Shown: positions 48,308-59,636, numbered from the stretch's first letter. The stretch is DNA of 64,000 nucleotides from an uncultured Christensenella sp. (GCA_948468595.1 CAOKIU010000002.1:369-64368), one strand, 5' to 3'. A program made the numbers and translations. The notes: generated by a model from the sequence alone, not told the origin.

Positions 48308-49336
48308 ATGGCGGAAAAGAAGAGAATCGCAATTTTGACCAGCGGTGGCGACGCGCCGGGCATGAACGCGGCCATTCGCGCGGTGGTGCGCGCCGCGCTG
48401 TATTTCGATATGGAGGTCTATGGCATTCGGGATGGGTATTATGGCCTGATGACGGACGATATGAGTTTGCTCAGCGCGGGCAGCGTGGGCGACATCATTC
48501 ATCGCGGCGGAACGATGCTAGGCACCGCGCGCCTGCCTGAATTCGCCACCGATCCCGCGACCCGCCAGAAGTGCTACGACAACCTGCACGCGCATGGCAT
48601 TGAGGGGCTGGTTGTCTGCGGCGGCGACGGCTCTTACCGCGGCGCGAGCCTTGTCCAGAAGGAGAGCGGCGGCATCAACGTCGTCGGTCTGCCCGGCACC
48701 ATCGACAACGACTTGGCCTATACCGATTACACCATCGGGTTTGATACCGCGGTCAACACCTGCGTTGACAACATCAACAAACTGCGCGATACCATGGCCT
48801 CGCACGGTCGCGTTTCCGTGGTGGACGTCATGGGCCGCGGTTGCGGCGATATCGCCGTGCGCTCCGGCATTGCCGCGGGCGCGGAGGCCATCCTCATCCC
48901 GGAAATCAAAAAGACGGATAACCAGTGGCTGGATTACATCGTCCAAAAGCTGCGCACCTCCTTTGCGCGCGGCAAGAAGTACGGCATCATCGTCATGGCC
49001 GAGGGCGTTTACGCCGCGCCCAAGATGCAGCACTTTACGGCCGATTATATCGCCTCCTGGCTCAACGCCAATTCCAATACCATTGGCCACCGCGTCGATG
49101 CGCGCGGCTGCGTGATCGGGCACGTACAGCGCGGCGGCTCCCCCACCGCGTCCGACCGCATTCTCTCCGCGCGCATGGGCGAAATGGCCGTCAACCTCCT
49201 GCGCGAGAACAAGGGCGGCTTGTGCGTGGGCATCGTCAAAAACCGCATCGTGGCCGCGGATATCGATAAGGCCCTTTCCATGCGGCGCCGCGTCGACAAG
49301 CACTTGATTGAGCTGGCCGACATTCTGGCGCGGTAA
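48308..49336 (+). CDS. pfkA: ATP-dependent 6-phosphofructokinase
   Basis: TSGGDAPGMN, GGDGS, PGTIDND, MGR and GHVQRGG. Confidence 0.96.
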   Translation: MAEKKRIAILTSGGDAPGMNAAIRAVVRAALYFDMEVYGIRDGYYGLMTDDMSLLSAGSVGDIIHRGGTMLGTARLPEFATDPATRQKCYDNLHAHGIEGLVVCGGDGSYRGASLVQKESGGINVVGLPGTIDNDLAYTDYTIGFDTAVNTCVDNINKLRDTMASHGRVSVVDVMGRGCGDIAVRSGIAAGAEAILIPEIKKTDNQWLDYIVQKLRTSFARGKKYGIIVMAEGVYAAPKMQHFTADYIASWLNANSNTIGHRVDARGCVIGHVQRGGSPTASDRILSARMGEMAVNLLRENKGGLCVGIVKNRIVAADIDKALSMRRRVDKHLIELADILAR

Positions 49337-49345
49337 TCAAACCAC

Positions 49346-49378
49346 AAATCCCCCGGCAAATGCCGGGGGATTTTGCTT
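49346..49378 (+). terminator. Intrinsic terminator
   Basis: AAATCCCCCGGCA-AA-TGCCGGGGGATTTT. Confidence 0.8.
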
Positions 49379-49422
49379 TACGGCAATACGCTTTTCATTT
49401 AAAAGGCCCTGCTATCGCCGGA

Positions 49423-50208
49423 TCAGCGCCCGTAACGAAACTCGCGGAACAGGTCGTAGATCAGGATGCCGGCGGCGACGGAGGCGTTGAGGGATTCCGA
49501 CCCGCCTGCCATGGGCAGGCGGAACCGGTGCGTGGCGCAGGCCGCCACGGCCGGACTCACGCCGCGCCCCTCGCTGCCGATGACCAGGATGAGGTCCTGC
49601 GGCAGAGGATCGCGCGTGTAAAAGTCCTCCCCATCTAGCGCGGAAACCACAACGGCGCGGCCCTCCGCCCGGCGCGCGGCGAGATATTCCGCCAGGTCGG
49701 GAACCTTTATCAACGGCACGCGGAACAGGCTGCCCATCGTGGCGCGCACCGCCTTAGGCGCGTAGGGATCGGCGCAGCCCGCGCCCAGAATCACGCCGCC
49801 AAGGCCCGCCGCGTCGCAGGTGCGGATCACCGTGCCGCAGTTCCCCGGGTCCTGCACGCCGTCCAGCGCCACCAAGGGGCCCTCGCCCAGCGGGCGCTGG
49901 GGAATGTGCGCGGAGAGCACCACGTCCTGCGGGGTCTTGGCCTCAGAGGCGTAATGGATGACGCGCGCGGCGACGGGATAAACCGCCGCGCCCTGCGCAA
50001 GGCATTGATCCATCAGCGCCGCGTATTCCCCGATCTTGTCCGCGTCCACAAAGAGGGTGTCCACGCGCAGGGCGTTGACCGCCTCCAGGCAGAGCTTGCG
50101 TCCCTCCACGCGCATCAGGCCCGACGCACGGCGCGCCTTCGCCTCGTCCAGGGCGCGCATAAAGCGCACCTTTTCATTGGCGGTGCTGGTCACAAGGTCC
50201 ATCAGCAT
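49423..50208 (-). CDS. TrmH/SpoU family RNA methyltransferase
   Basis: QDPGNCGTVIR, RATMG, GSEGRG and ESLNASVAAG. Confidence 0.92.
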   Translation of the reverse strand: MLMDLVTSTANEKVRFMRALDEAKARRASGLMRVEGRKLCLEAVNALRVDTLFVDADKIGEYAALMDQCLAQGAAVYPVAARVIHYASEAKTPQDVVLSAHIPQRPLGEGPLVALDGVQDPGNCGTVIRTCDAAGLGGVILGAGCADPYAPKAVRATMGSLFRVPLIKVPDLAEYLAARRAEGRAVVVSALDGEDFYTRDPLPQDLILVIGSEGRGVSPAVAACATHRFRLPMAGGSESLNASVAAGILIYDLFREFRYGR

Positions 50209-50278
50209 CGGCGATCCCCCTCTCATCAAATAAAAAGCTGCCTCTGGGAATGAGCAGTTTTCTGCGTGAAAACACTTA

Positions 50279-50470
50279 TTAAAGACTCATAACCATTTTG
50301 ATTTCCGTTATTTTTTCGCCCTCTAAACTCCAAGTGGTATTTTCTCTCTCTTCCACGGGGCGGAAGCCGAATTTTTCATAGTGGCCAATTGCGGATTTAG
50401 GGGGACTTGCGGTCCACAGGATCAGCTTTCCCTCTGTTTCGGCAACCCACAGTTCTTCGCCCTCATCTTA
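50279..50470 (-). pseudogene. Internally deleted GNAT acetyltransferase remnant (absent from the ORF track)
   Basis: The minus strand reads EGEELWVAETEGK joined directly to LILWTASPPKSAIGHYEKFGFRPVEERENTTWSLEGEKITEIKMVMSL*. There is an in-frame TAA just upstream. Confidence 0.65.
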
Positions 50471-50566
50471 TTCTCGATTGAGATCCAACGCGCTTTTCAA
50501 CGTGCTATTCTTCTCTTTACATCTCTTACTGCGCTTCCATCACATATCAATGCCAATAAAACGATG

Positions 50567-50607
50567 AAAAAAGACTGCCCGGCGAGCGACGCGCGGACAG
50601 TCTTTTC
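50567..50607 (-). terminator. Terminator of the infC-rpmI-rplT operon
   Basis: AAAAAAGACTGCCC...GGACAGTCTTTT. Confidence 0.75.
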
Positions 50608-50619
50608 TTGGCAAGCAGA

Positions 50620-50976
50620 TTAGGCGATCTTCTCCTTCGCCGCGTCCACGAGCTTGGCAAACGCCGCGGGATCGCTGATGGCGAGCTCGGAGAGGATCTT
50701 GCGGTTGACTTCAATCCCCGCCAGCTTCAGGCCGTTGATGAACCGGCTGTAGGACAGGCCATAGGGACGGACCGCCGCGTTGATACGCGCAATCCACAGC
50801 TTGCGGAAGTCGCGCTTGCGCAGACGGCGACCGATATAGGCGTAACGCAGGGAGCGGGCGACCTGCTCGCTGGCTGCACGGTATTGCTTGGACTTCGCCC
50901 CGAAGTAGCCCTTGGCAAGTTTGAAAACCTTCCTGCGGTGCTTCTTGGCGTTGACCGACATCTTAATTCTGGCCAT
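50620..50976 (-). CDS. rplT: 50S ribosomal protein L20
   Basis: [24 protein letters not shown] and NRKILSELA. Confidence 0.97.
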   Translation of the reverse strand: MARIKMSVNAKKHRRKVFKLAKGYFGAKSKQYRAASEQVARSLRYAYIGRRLRKRDFRKLWIARINAAVRPYGLSYSRFINGLKLAGIEVNRKILSELAISDPAAFAKLVDAAKEKIA

Positions 50977-51015
50977 TTTGGGTATGCCTCCTTTAGTTTA
51001 CCACAACAGGTTTTC

Positions 51016-51213
51016 TTACTTGTAGGGGATGAGCTTCTTGATGGTCGCACCCTCGGTGGTGGTGGTGTAACCGGTCTGGCGCAGATTGCGCTTGCGCTTG
51101 GTGCTCTTCTTGGTGAGGATGTGGCCCTTGAAGGCCTTCTGATGCTTGACCAGGCCGTTCTTCGTCACCGAAAAGCGCTTTGCGGCGCCCTTATGCGTTT
51201 TTTGCTTAGGCAT
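51016..51213 (-). CDS. rpmI: 50S ribosomal protein L35
   Basis: [27 protein letters not shown]. Confidence 0.97.
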   Translation of the reverse strand: MPKQKTHKGAAKRFSVTKNGLVKHQKAFKGHILTKKSTKRKRNLRQTGYTTTTEGATIKKLIPYK

Positions 51214-51252
51214 GGAAATGATCCTCCTCTCTTTAGGGGAAATTTATGAGAA

Positions 51253-51768
51253 TTACTTGTCCTGCTTGGGCGAGAGCATCATCGTCATGATCCGCCCCTC
51301 GGTGGAGGGCTTGCGGTCCTGAACGGCGTACTCCTTGACCCTGTCGTAGAACTCGTTCATCACATCAAGGCCAACGTTGGAATGGGTGATCATGCGGCCG
51401 CGGAATCGGATGGAGACCTTGATCTTGTCACCATTTTTCAGGAACTTGATGCAGTCGCGCACGCGCACCTGCACGTCATGCTCCTCAATGGTGGGAGAAA
51501 GGTGAATCTCCTTGACAGAGATGACCTTCTGGTTCTTCCGCGCTTCCTTTTCACGCTTGGATTGCTCAAAACGATACTTGCCGTAGTCCATGATCTTGCA
51601 TACCGGCGGCTTGGCCGTGGGAGCGATCTTGACCAGGTCAAGTTCCATTTCCTCCGCCATGTCCATTGCCTGCTGTGTCGGCATCACGCCGAGCTGTTCG
51701 CCGTTCTGGCCAATCAAGCGGATTTCCTTGTCGCGGATTTCTTCATTGATCATCATGTCCATATTGAT
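51253..51768 (-). CDS. infC: Translation initiation factor IF-3, probable non-canonical ATC start
   Basis: INEEIR, PPVCKIMDYGK and FRGR. GGAGGTG lies 7 nt before the in-frame ATC at 51768; the first ATG is at 51762. Confidence 0.95.
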   Translation of the reverse strand: MNMDMMINEEIRDKEIRLIGQNGEQLGVMPTQQAMDMAEEMELDLVKIAPTAKPPVCKIMDYGKYRFEQSKREKEARKNQKVISVKEIHLSPTIEEHDVQVRVRDCIKFLKNGDKIKVSIRFRGRMITHSNVGLDVMNEFYDRVKEYAVQDRKPSTEGRIMTMMLSPKQDK

Positions 51769-51799
51769 TCCGATGCACCTCCAAATGCGTTATTCTCTG

Positions 51800-51920
51800 C
51801 AAGCGAAAAAGCGGACAGACATAGTCTACCCGCTGCTCATCTTTTCCATGACTGCATGTGCTTGCATTGTGACCCGCAAGCCTTTGGCGCGGGTGAGAAG
51901 CGGGCGCTTCTTCTTCAACA
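51800..51920 (-). ncRNA. Ribosomal protein L20 leader
   Basis: AGAAGCGCCCGCTTCTCACC...GCGGGT..CCGCTTTTT upstream of infC; promoter TTGACA-17-TATACT at 51954-51926. Confidence 0.85.
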
Positions 51921-51985
51921 GGGAGAGTATAGCAGTTTCGTCGCGCGCTGTCAAGCACCGGAGCGAATTTTAACACGAATCGCCC

Positions 51986-52708
51986 TCACGCTTTTACAAA
52001 GACCGGCACTTCCAGCCTCGCCGAAAGCCGGCGGCGCAGCGGCTCCAGCGCCACGCGCTCCGTTTCGTCATGGCCAGCGATGATGATTTCCATCCCCAGC
52101 CCTTGCGCCTCGATGCGCTCATGGTGCTTCATTTCCCCCGTCAAAAACAGATCGGCGCCCAGCGCGGCGGCCTCGCGGAAGTAGCACCCGCCCCCGCCGC
52201 AGGACACCGCCACCCGCTCGATGCTTCGCCCCGCCTCGCCGTAAAACACGGCTTGCGGGCTGAGCGTCTGTCTCACTGTCGCAAGGAAGCTCCCGGCGGT
52301 CTGCGGCGCGACGCGCCCCGCGCGCACGTACTCCGTCCCCCCGTCAACCGCCAGGCCCAGCGCGGCGGCCAGGCTGTCCTCTACCCCGCCTTCCGTCCGG
52401 TCCAGGTTGGTGTGCGCGGCAAAGAGGGCGATGCCCTCCCGAATGAGGCGGGCGAGCAGCGCGCCCTCGTAGCGGTCGGTGCGCAGGGTCTTGATTCCGG
52501 CAAACATCAGCGGGTGATGGGCCACGATGCACGTCGCCCCGCGCGCAATCGCCTGGTCGATCGCCTCCCCCGTCGCGTCCACGCACAGCAGCACGCCGCT
52601 AAGCGCATCCTCCGGATTGCCCGTCAGCAGGCCGGGATTATCCCATTCCTCCGCCAGCCGCTCGGGCGCGATCTCCTCCATCTCCCGCATCAAATCGCGT
52701 ATCTTCAC
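51986..52708 (-). CDS. Nif3-like dinuclear metal centre protein
   Basis: WDNPGL, HHP, HTNLD, TGE.KHH and GHDETE; GTGA overlap with trmK. Confidence 0.92.
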   Translation of the reverse strand: MKIRDLMREMEEIAPERLAEEWDNPGLLTGNPEDALSGVLLCVDATGEAIDQAIARGATCIVAHHPLMFAGIKTLRTDRYEGALLARLIREGIALFAAHTNLDRTEGGVEDSLAAALGLAVDGGTEYVRAGRVAPQTAGSFLATVRQTLSPQAVFYGEAGRSIERVAVSCGGGGCYFREAAALGADLFLTGEMKHHERIEAQGLGMEIIIAGHDETERVALEPLRRRLSARLEVPVFVKA

Positions 52709-53421
52709 CGCAGCCTCTCCTCCTTCTCCGCTCTTGTCCGGCCGCTCCCGGCAGCAACCTCCTCCAGCGCGCGCTCCACGTCCTGCGCGTCGCGCTCGGC
52801 TTGCCGCCGCTTTTCCGCGTTGCCGCCCAGGCGCATGCCCTCCAGCGCCCGCCGCGTCACACCCTGGCGCCACTTTAGGTAGGGCAGCAGCAGCGGCGAC
52901 CGGTCGCGCAGCAGGGTCGGCCCCATGTGCGCCTCGTAATCGCTCATTCTCTCGCGCCGGCCCGGCTCGGCGCGCAGCAGCACGTAGTAGCGCCCTGCGG
53001 CCAGGGCAATATCCTCCCGCTCCACGTGCATCCCAATCGCCTCCACATGCCTGCGCAGCAGCCGCAGCTCCACGTTGGCCTGCATCACCACCGGGCAGGG
53101 CGCGCCCTCCCGCAGGATGTGGGCGATGGTGCGCGCGCCCATCCCGCAGATGGTCACAACGTCCGCCGCCGCAAGCGCTATGCCGGTTAGCCCGTCCGTC
53201 ACGCGCAGTTCCGCCCGCCCGTCAAGCCCCGTCTTTTCCACCAGCCCCTGCGCACGCGCCAGCGCGTCGCGGCTGATGTCGCAAATCAGCGCCCGCTCGC
53301 ATAGCCCTGCTTGCAGCATGTGAACCGGGAGAAAGCCGTGGTTGCTCCCCACGTCCACCAGGCGCGCGCACCTGCCCGCCAAGCGCTCGGCACAGGCCAG
53401 CCGCTCATCCAGCGTTACCAT
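52705..53421 (-). CDS. trmK: tRNA (adenine(22)-N1)-methyltransferase
   Basis: L.ERL, DVGSNHGFLP, DGL and ICGMG; conserved position downstream of sigA. Confidence 0.88.
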   Translation of the reverse strand: MVTLDERLACAERLAGRCARLVDVGSNHGFLPVHMLQAGLCERALICDISRDALARAQGLVEKTGLDGRAELRVTDGLTGIALAAADVVTICGMGARTIAHILREGAPCPVVMQANVELRLLRRHVEAIGMHVEREDIALAAGRYYVLLRAEPGRRERMSDYEAHMGPTLLRDRSPLLLPYLKWRQGVTRRALEGMRLGGNAEKRRQAERDAQDVERALEEVAAGSGRTRAEKEERLR

Positions 53422-53510
53422 TGATCAACCTCCACCCTTTCCCGCGGCTTTCCTCGCTTCCACCTTGCCTAGATGCGAAGAAAGCGGGGCTTTCGTCCCG
53501 CTTCCTGCGT

Positions 53511-54617
<1,107 letters not shown>

Positions 54618-54700
54618 TCCTTTCGGTCGGACGCCCGTCCCGCCCTTTGGCGGAACCGCCTAAAGCCTTCTATCTAAAACCTTTCTCGGGATTATTTTTA

Positions 54701-56467
54701 TCATTCGCTTCCGCCCTGCTTGAGGCGCTCCAGCCTGCCATAGAGCTGGCCCAGCATCGAGGCGATCTCCAATTGTTCCTCTACCGTGAGCCCCGGCTGG
54801 GCGGATCGCTCCTCCATCTGGGCGATTTCCCGCTCCACGCGCCGCCGCAGCAGCTGGTCTACGCAGTTGGCGATCAGCCGCGGCTTCTTGTCCGGGTCGC
54901 ATTGCTCGCCGATGAGCAGGATGCGCGAGATGTCCCCGCGCAGGCCCTCGTCCTCCATTTGCTCCATGGCCGATTGGACGCGGCGGATGTCCCCGCCCTC
55001 CTCCAGCAGAATCTTGGCCATGAACGCACACGCGGGGTCGGTAAAATCCTCAAGCCGCATGAGGTCCCTGGGGACCTTTTCCCCGATGGCCAGCATGGCG
55101 ATCAGGTCCTTTTGCGCGCGGATATACCCATCATCTTCCCTATTCTTCCCCGCATACGCCGGCGTATGCACAGGGGTTTGCGCGCGCTTTGCGGGCCGCC
55201 GCCTTCCCACCTGCTCCATCAGCGTTTCCTCTGAAAAGCCGGTTTCAATCGCCAGGCGCTTGAGGAATCGCTCCACCTCCACGGGGTTTTCCAGCTTGCG
55301 CAGCACCTGCGCCGCCTCCACGGCGTATTTGGCGCGCTCCTCTTCCGTCGCAAGGTCGTGCGACGCCGCCAGCACGTCCAGCCGGTAGGTCGTGGGGTCC
55401 ACGCTGCCCAGATCGTTTAGGGCTTGTCCGCCGCGGGCGCGAACATATTCGTCCGGATCCATTTTGTCGGGCACCACGGTCACCCGCACGGGCACGTTTT
55501 CCATCTCAAATAGGTCCAGTCCGCGCGATATCGCCCGCTGCCCCGCGCCGTCGCCGTCGTAGGTGATGAGCACCTGCGGCGCGTACCGCTTCATCAGGCG
55601 GATTTGCTCGTTGGTCAGCGCCGTGCCCAGGGTGGCCACGCATCCGTCCACGCCGTGTTGGTAGAGGGAAACCACATCCATGTACCCTTCCACCAGGCGA
55701 AGATGCTCCCGCTTGCCGCCCTTTAAAAAGTTGAGGCCGTAGACGTTGCGGCGCTTGTTGAACACCGGCGTATCCGAGGAGTTGAGGTACTTGGGCTGTC
55801 CGTCGCCCATGACCCTGCCGCCAAAGGCGATCACGCGGCCGCGGGGGTCGAAGATGGGGAACATCACCCGGTCGCGGAAGGTATCGAAGACGCGGCCGCC
55901 GCGCTCCAGGATGAGATTTGCGTCCGTGAGCTCCTGATTGGTAAAGCCCATGTCCGTTAAATACTTATGCAGGCTTTGCCAGCCGTTAGATGTGCACCCC
56001 AGGCCAAATCTTCGGATCACGTTGTCGCGGATGCCGCGGCCGTGCAGATAGTCCAGCGCCTTTGCGCCCTCCGGCGTATAGAGCGTTCGATTGTAAAATT
56101 TCGCCGCCTCCACCAGCGCCGCGTAGAGGCGGTCGCGGTTTTTCTTAGGCGCGGCGTCCTCGCCCCTGGTTTCAGGGATGGGCATGTGCGCCCGCTCGGC
56201 CAAATGGCGCACGGCCTCGGGGAACTCCATGCGCTCCATGCTCATGACAAAGGTGATGACGTTCCCGCCCGCGTGGCAGCCGAAGCAATAGTACATCTGC
56301 TTTTCCTGGTCCACGGAAAACGATGGGGTCTTTTCGCCGTGAAACGGACACAAACCCCAGTGCTTGGAACCCTTGCGCGTCAGCGGCACATATTCCGATA
56401 CGACCGATACGATCTCCGACCGGTCGCGCACCTCGTCGATCCATTCGCTGGGAAACCTGCCTGCCAT
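54701..56467 (-). CDS. dnaG: DNA primase
   Basis: CPFH..C..C zinc finger, KYLNS, EGYMD, DGDGAG and DPDE. Confidence 0.96.
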   Translation of the reverse strand: MAGRFPSEWIDEVRDRSEIVSVVSEYVPLTRKGSKHWGLCPFHGEKTPSFSVDQEKQMYYCFGCHAGGNVITFVMSMERMEFPEAVRHLAERAHMPIPETRGEDAAPKKNRDRLYAALVEAAKFYNRTLYTPEGAKALDYLHGRGIRDNVIRRFGLGCTSNGWQSLHKYLTDMGFTNQELTDANLILERGGRVFDTFRDRVMFPIFDPRGRVIAFGGRVMGDGQPKYLNSSDTPVFNKRRNVYGLNFLKGGKREHLRLVEGYMDVVSLYQHGVDGCVATLGTALTNEQIRLMKRYAPQVLITYDGDGAGQRAISRGLDLFEMENVPVRVTVVPDKMDPDEYVRARGGQALNDLGSVDPTTYRLDVLAASHDLATEEERAKYAVEAAQVLRKLENPVEVERFLKRLAIETGFSEETLMEQVGRRRPAKRAQTPVHTPAYAGKNREDDGYIRAQKDLIAMLAIGEKVPRDLMRLEDFTDPACAFMAKILLEEGGDIRRVQSAMEQMEDEGLRGDISRILLIGEQCDPDKKPRLIANCVDQLLRRRVEREIAQMEERSAQPGLTVEEQLEIASMLGQLYGRLERLKQGGSE

Positions 56468-56626
56468 TGCACCCTCCGATCCAAATTCCGAACGTCCATA
56501 TCGCAAATTGACCGCTAGATATATTCGCTAAATACGACAATATTCCTGCAAGTTTTCAACTTTTCCTCACAAAAAACAAATTTCTATGTAAAGTCTTGGA
56601 AAAACTGCGCATAGCCTGTCACCCGC

Positions 56627-57634
56627 TTACCGCAAAAGCGTTTCGTGCCTGGGGATGAACAAGGCGGCAAACCGGTCCACGGCGTAGTTATCGGTCATGC
56701 CCGCAATGTAATCGCAGACCGCCTGCTCCACCGGCTCGTGCCGGTCCGCGCTTAGAAACTCCTCCGGCATCTGCTCGGGATAGCGCAGATAATAGCCAAA
56801 CAGGCTTTCCAGCATGAACGCGGCCTTGCGCTCCTCCCGCTCGACCTCCTGGCGCGTGTAGACGTGCTGAAAAAGGAACGCGCGCAGGTCCATGGTGGCG
56901 GTGAACACCTCCCGGCTCATGCGCACGGCGTCCGTATTCCGGCTGGCGCGCCAAATGTCGGTGATCATCGTGTCGATCCGCTCGCCATGGGAGTGGCCCA
57001 GCACCTGCAATAGGGGCGCCGGGATCTCCTCCTGCCGGAGCACGCCCGCGCGGATGGCGTCGTCAATGTCGTGATTGATGTAGGCGATGCGGTCGGACAG
57101 GGAGACCACCGCGCCCTCCAGCGTCTTGGGCTTTCCGCGCGAGGTGTGCTCCAGAATGCCGTCGCGCACGGCTTCGGTCAGGTTTAGGCCCTGCCCGTCG
57201 TTTTCCAGCAATTCCACCACGCGCAGCGACTGCCGCTCGTGGGCAAAACCGCCTTTGTTGAGCTTTGACAGGATGCGCTCACCCATGTGGCCGAAGGGCG
57301 TGTGGCCCAAATCGTGCCCCAGGGCGATGGCCTCGGTCAGGTCCTCGTTGAGTTGCAGGGCGCGGGCGATGGTGCGGGCGATCTGCGCCACCTCCAACGT
57401 GTGCGTCAGCCGCGTGCGAAAATGGTCGCCCTCCGGCGCGAGAAAGCACTGCGTCTTGTGCTTCATGCGGCGGAACGCCTTGCAGTGGATGATGCGGTCG
57501 CGGTCTCGCTGAAAATCCGTGCGCAAGGGGCAGGGCTGCAAAGGGCGCGCCCGCCCGGTGAGCTCTTCGTCGCCGCAGGCCCAGGGAGAGAGCGTCTCCC
57601 GGTGCTGCGCAATGGTCCGATCCCGAACTTCCAT
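56627..57634 (-). CDS. dgt: Deoxyguanosinetriphosphate triphosphohydrolase-like protein
   Basis: FQRDRDRI, RTRLTH, HDLGH.PFGH, DRIAY..HD and DYIAGMTD. Confidence 0.92.
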   Translation of the reverse strand: MEVRDRTIAQHRETLSPWACGDEELTGRARPLQPCPLRTDFQRDRDRIIHCKAFRRMKHKTQCFLAPEGDHFRTRLTHTLEVAQIARTIARALQLNEDLTEAIALGHDLGHTPFGHMGERILSKLNKGGFAHERQSLRVVELLENDGQGLNLTEAVRDGILEHTSRGKPKTLEGAVVSLSDRIAYINHDIDDAIRAGVLRQEEIPAPLLQVLGHSHGERIDTMITDIWRASRNTDAVRMSREVFTATMDLRAFLFQHVYTRQEVEREERKAAFMLESLFGYYLRYPEQMPEEFLSADRHEPVEQAVCDYIAGMTDNYAVDRFAALFIPRHETLLR

Positions 57635-57920
57635 CCGGCTCCTTCCTCCTTCACGCGCTCGTGCGGGCCGGCCTGCGCTCCTCTTTTCAGCTCAGGCCCT
57701 AATGCTGTGGGTACTTATTCTACATTTATTCGCTTTCTTCCTGCAATACTCTACACCGCCCGGGAAACTCCTTCTCTAGTATAGGCGGCGCGAGGCGGTC
57801 AAATGCCTTTTTCGCGCGCGCAAAAAGGCAGCCCCTTCATGCGCAGGGCAGCCCGATAAGAAAAAACAAATTCCGCGCGCAGCGCCGCGCCGGCTGTCCC
57901 GACCGCGGGAAGCCCATCCT

Positions 57921-59636
57921 TCATGCGCAAGGCAGCCGGACCGTGAAAACAGAGCCCTCGCCCAGCTGAGAGCGGATCTCCAGCTCCCCTTCGTAGCGCC
58001 GCACCAAGTGCTTGACAATGGCCAGGCCGAGCCCCGTGCCGCCGCTGTTGCGGGAGCGGTCCTTATCCACGCGGTAAAACCGCTCGCAAAGGCGCGGCAG
58101 GTCTTCCTGGGGGATGCCCACGCCGTCATCCCGCACGCATAGCGTCACCCAGGCGCCCTCCCGGCGCACCGTAACCCACACGTGCCCGCCCGGATGATTG
58201 TAGTGCACGGCGTTCTCCATCAGGTTTTGGGCAATGCGGCGCAGGCGCTCGGCCGAGGCGCGGCAAAGCGCCGGCTCCCGCGCGTCCACCGCAAGTTCAA
58301 TCTTCAGCTTATCCGCCTGCACGCCCACAGCGCCGGCCGCCTCCCGCACCGCCGCGCAGAGTTCGCCCCGCTCCTCCTCCGGCCCTAAGGCGCTCTCAAT
58401 GCGGGAAAGCTCCAGCATGTCGCTGATCAGGGCTTGCAGCCGCTCGCCCTGCACGTCCATGATCTCCAGCATTTCCAGGAGAAATTGCGGCTCCCCGGTA
58501 TTGATTTGGGGATCGCGCAGGGTCTCGATGCAGCCGCGGATGGCGGTAAGCGGCGTTTTCAACTCATGGGTGGCGTTGGAGACGAACTCCGAGCGCAGGC
58601 GCTCCAAGCGGCGCATCTGCGTCATGTCGCTCAGCGCCAGTACCGCGCCCTGCGCTTCCCCTTCCCCGCCGATGGGCGCGGCAGCGGCGCGAATGACCGT
58701 CTCCCCCCGCGCCCACTCCGCCGCCCCCGGAGCGCCCTCCTGAATTGCCTTGCGCGCCAAGTCCGTCAGGCGGTCGTCCCCTGCCGCGTGGGCAAGCGCC
58801 TCTCCCACCAGCGGAGCGCGCAGGCCGAGCAGCCGAGCCGCCTCGGGATTGAACAGCGTGACGCGGCCCTGCGCGTCCATGGCGATCACCCCGGCCGGTA
58901 TGGCGCGCAGCACCGCGCGCATTTGCGCCTGCTGGCTCTGCTCCTTGCGAAGCGACGCCTCCAGCCGCTCGGCCATGATGTTGAAATCGCGGGCGAGCGC
59001 ACCCAGTTCGTCGGGCTGATCGGCGATGCGGCAGGATAGCTCGCCCTTTGCAAGCCGCCCCGCCCCCAGCCGCAGCGCCTCAATGGGCCGCTGCACCCGC
59101 CGCGCCGCCCAGGTGCTCAGCGCGCAGGCCGCCGCAAGCGCCGCGCCGCCCGTGATCGCCACCGCCATGAGGATCGTCCTTTGCAGATGCTCAATCTGCG
59201 CAAAGTCCTGCGAAATGCGCAGCACCCGCGTCCCGTCCGACACGGCGACATAGAGCGCGGAGCCGCCCAGCGTGGGCGAGTAGCGCAGCGCCTGCCCATA
59301 TCCGCTTCTTCGCGCGCGCTCGATTTCCTCGCGGTTCTGGTGGTTCTCCATCTCCTTGGCGGCCGCGTCGGTGTCCGCGGTCACTTCCCCGCTCATGCCC
59401 ACCACGGTCAGCCGGTAGACATCGTGCTGCGCGTTGAGCGCCGCCGCCCACTTTTCCAGCTGTTCCTGTGCGCCGCCGTCCTCCAGTTGGCCCAGAAGCA
59501 AGTAGGCCATGTCCTCCATGCGCTCGGCTGTCCGTTCGATCAAAAAGGCGCGCAGGAAAAAATAAGTGCCGCCGCCCAGCAGCGCCTCCACCAGAAGCGC
59601 CACGGCCAGCAGCATACAAAATACCTTCCGCCGCAT
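57921..59636 (-). CDS. phoR: Phosphate regulon sensor histidine kinase (HAMP, PAS, HisKA, HATPase)
   Basis: HELKTP, NLMENA, DDGVGI, RFYRVD and GTGLGL; in the pst/pho operon. Confidence 0.9.
   Translation of the reverse strand: MRRKVFCMLLAVALLVEALLGGGTYFFLRAFLIERTAERMEDMAYLLLGQLEDGGAQEQLEKWAAALNAQHDVYRLTVVGMSGEVTADTDAAAKEMENHQNREEIERARRSGYGQALRYSPTLGGSALYVAVSDGTRVLRISQDFAQIEHLQRTILMAVAITGGAALAAACALSTWAARRVQRPIEALRLGAGRLAKGELSCRIADQPDELGALARDFNIMAERLEASLRKEQSQQAQMRAVLRAIPAGVIAMDAQGRVTLFNPEAARLLGLRAPLVGEALAHAAGDDRLTDLARKAIQEGAPGAAEWARGETVIRAAAAPIGGEGEAQGAVLALSDMTQMRRLERLRSEFVSNATHELKTPLTAIRGCIETLRDPQINTGEPQFLLEMLEIMDVQGERLQALISDMLELSRIESALGPEEERGELCAAVREAAGAVGVQADKLKIELAVDAREPALCRASAERLRRIAQNLMENAVHYNHPGGHVWVTVRREGAWVTLCVRDDGVGIPQEDLPRLCERFYRVDKDRSRNSGGTGLGLAIVKHLVRRYEGELEIRSQLGEGSVFTVRLPCA

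Noticed and set aside
56484-56496. PurBox-like AATTCCGAACGTC upstream of dnaG
   Set aside because: A single site with mismatches in the 3' part and no functional rationale.
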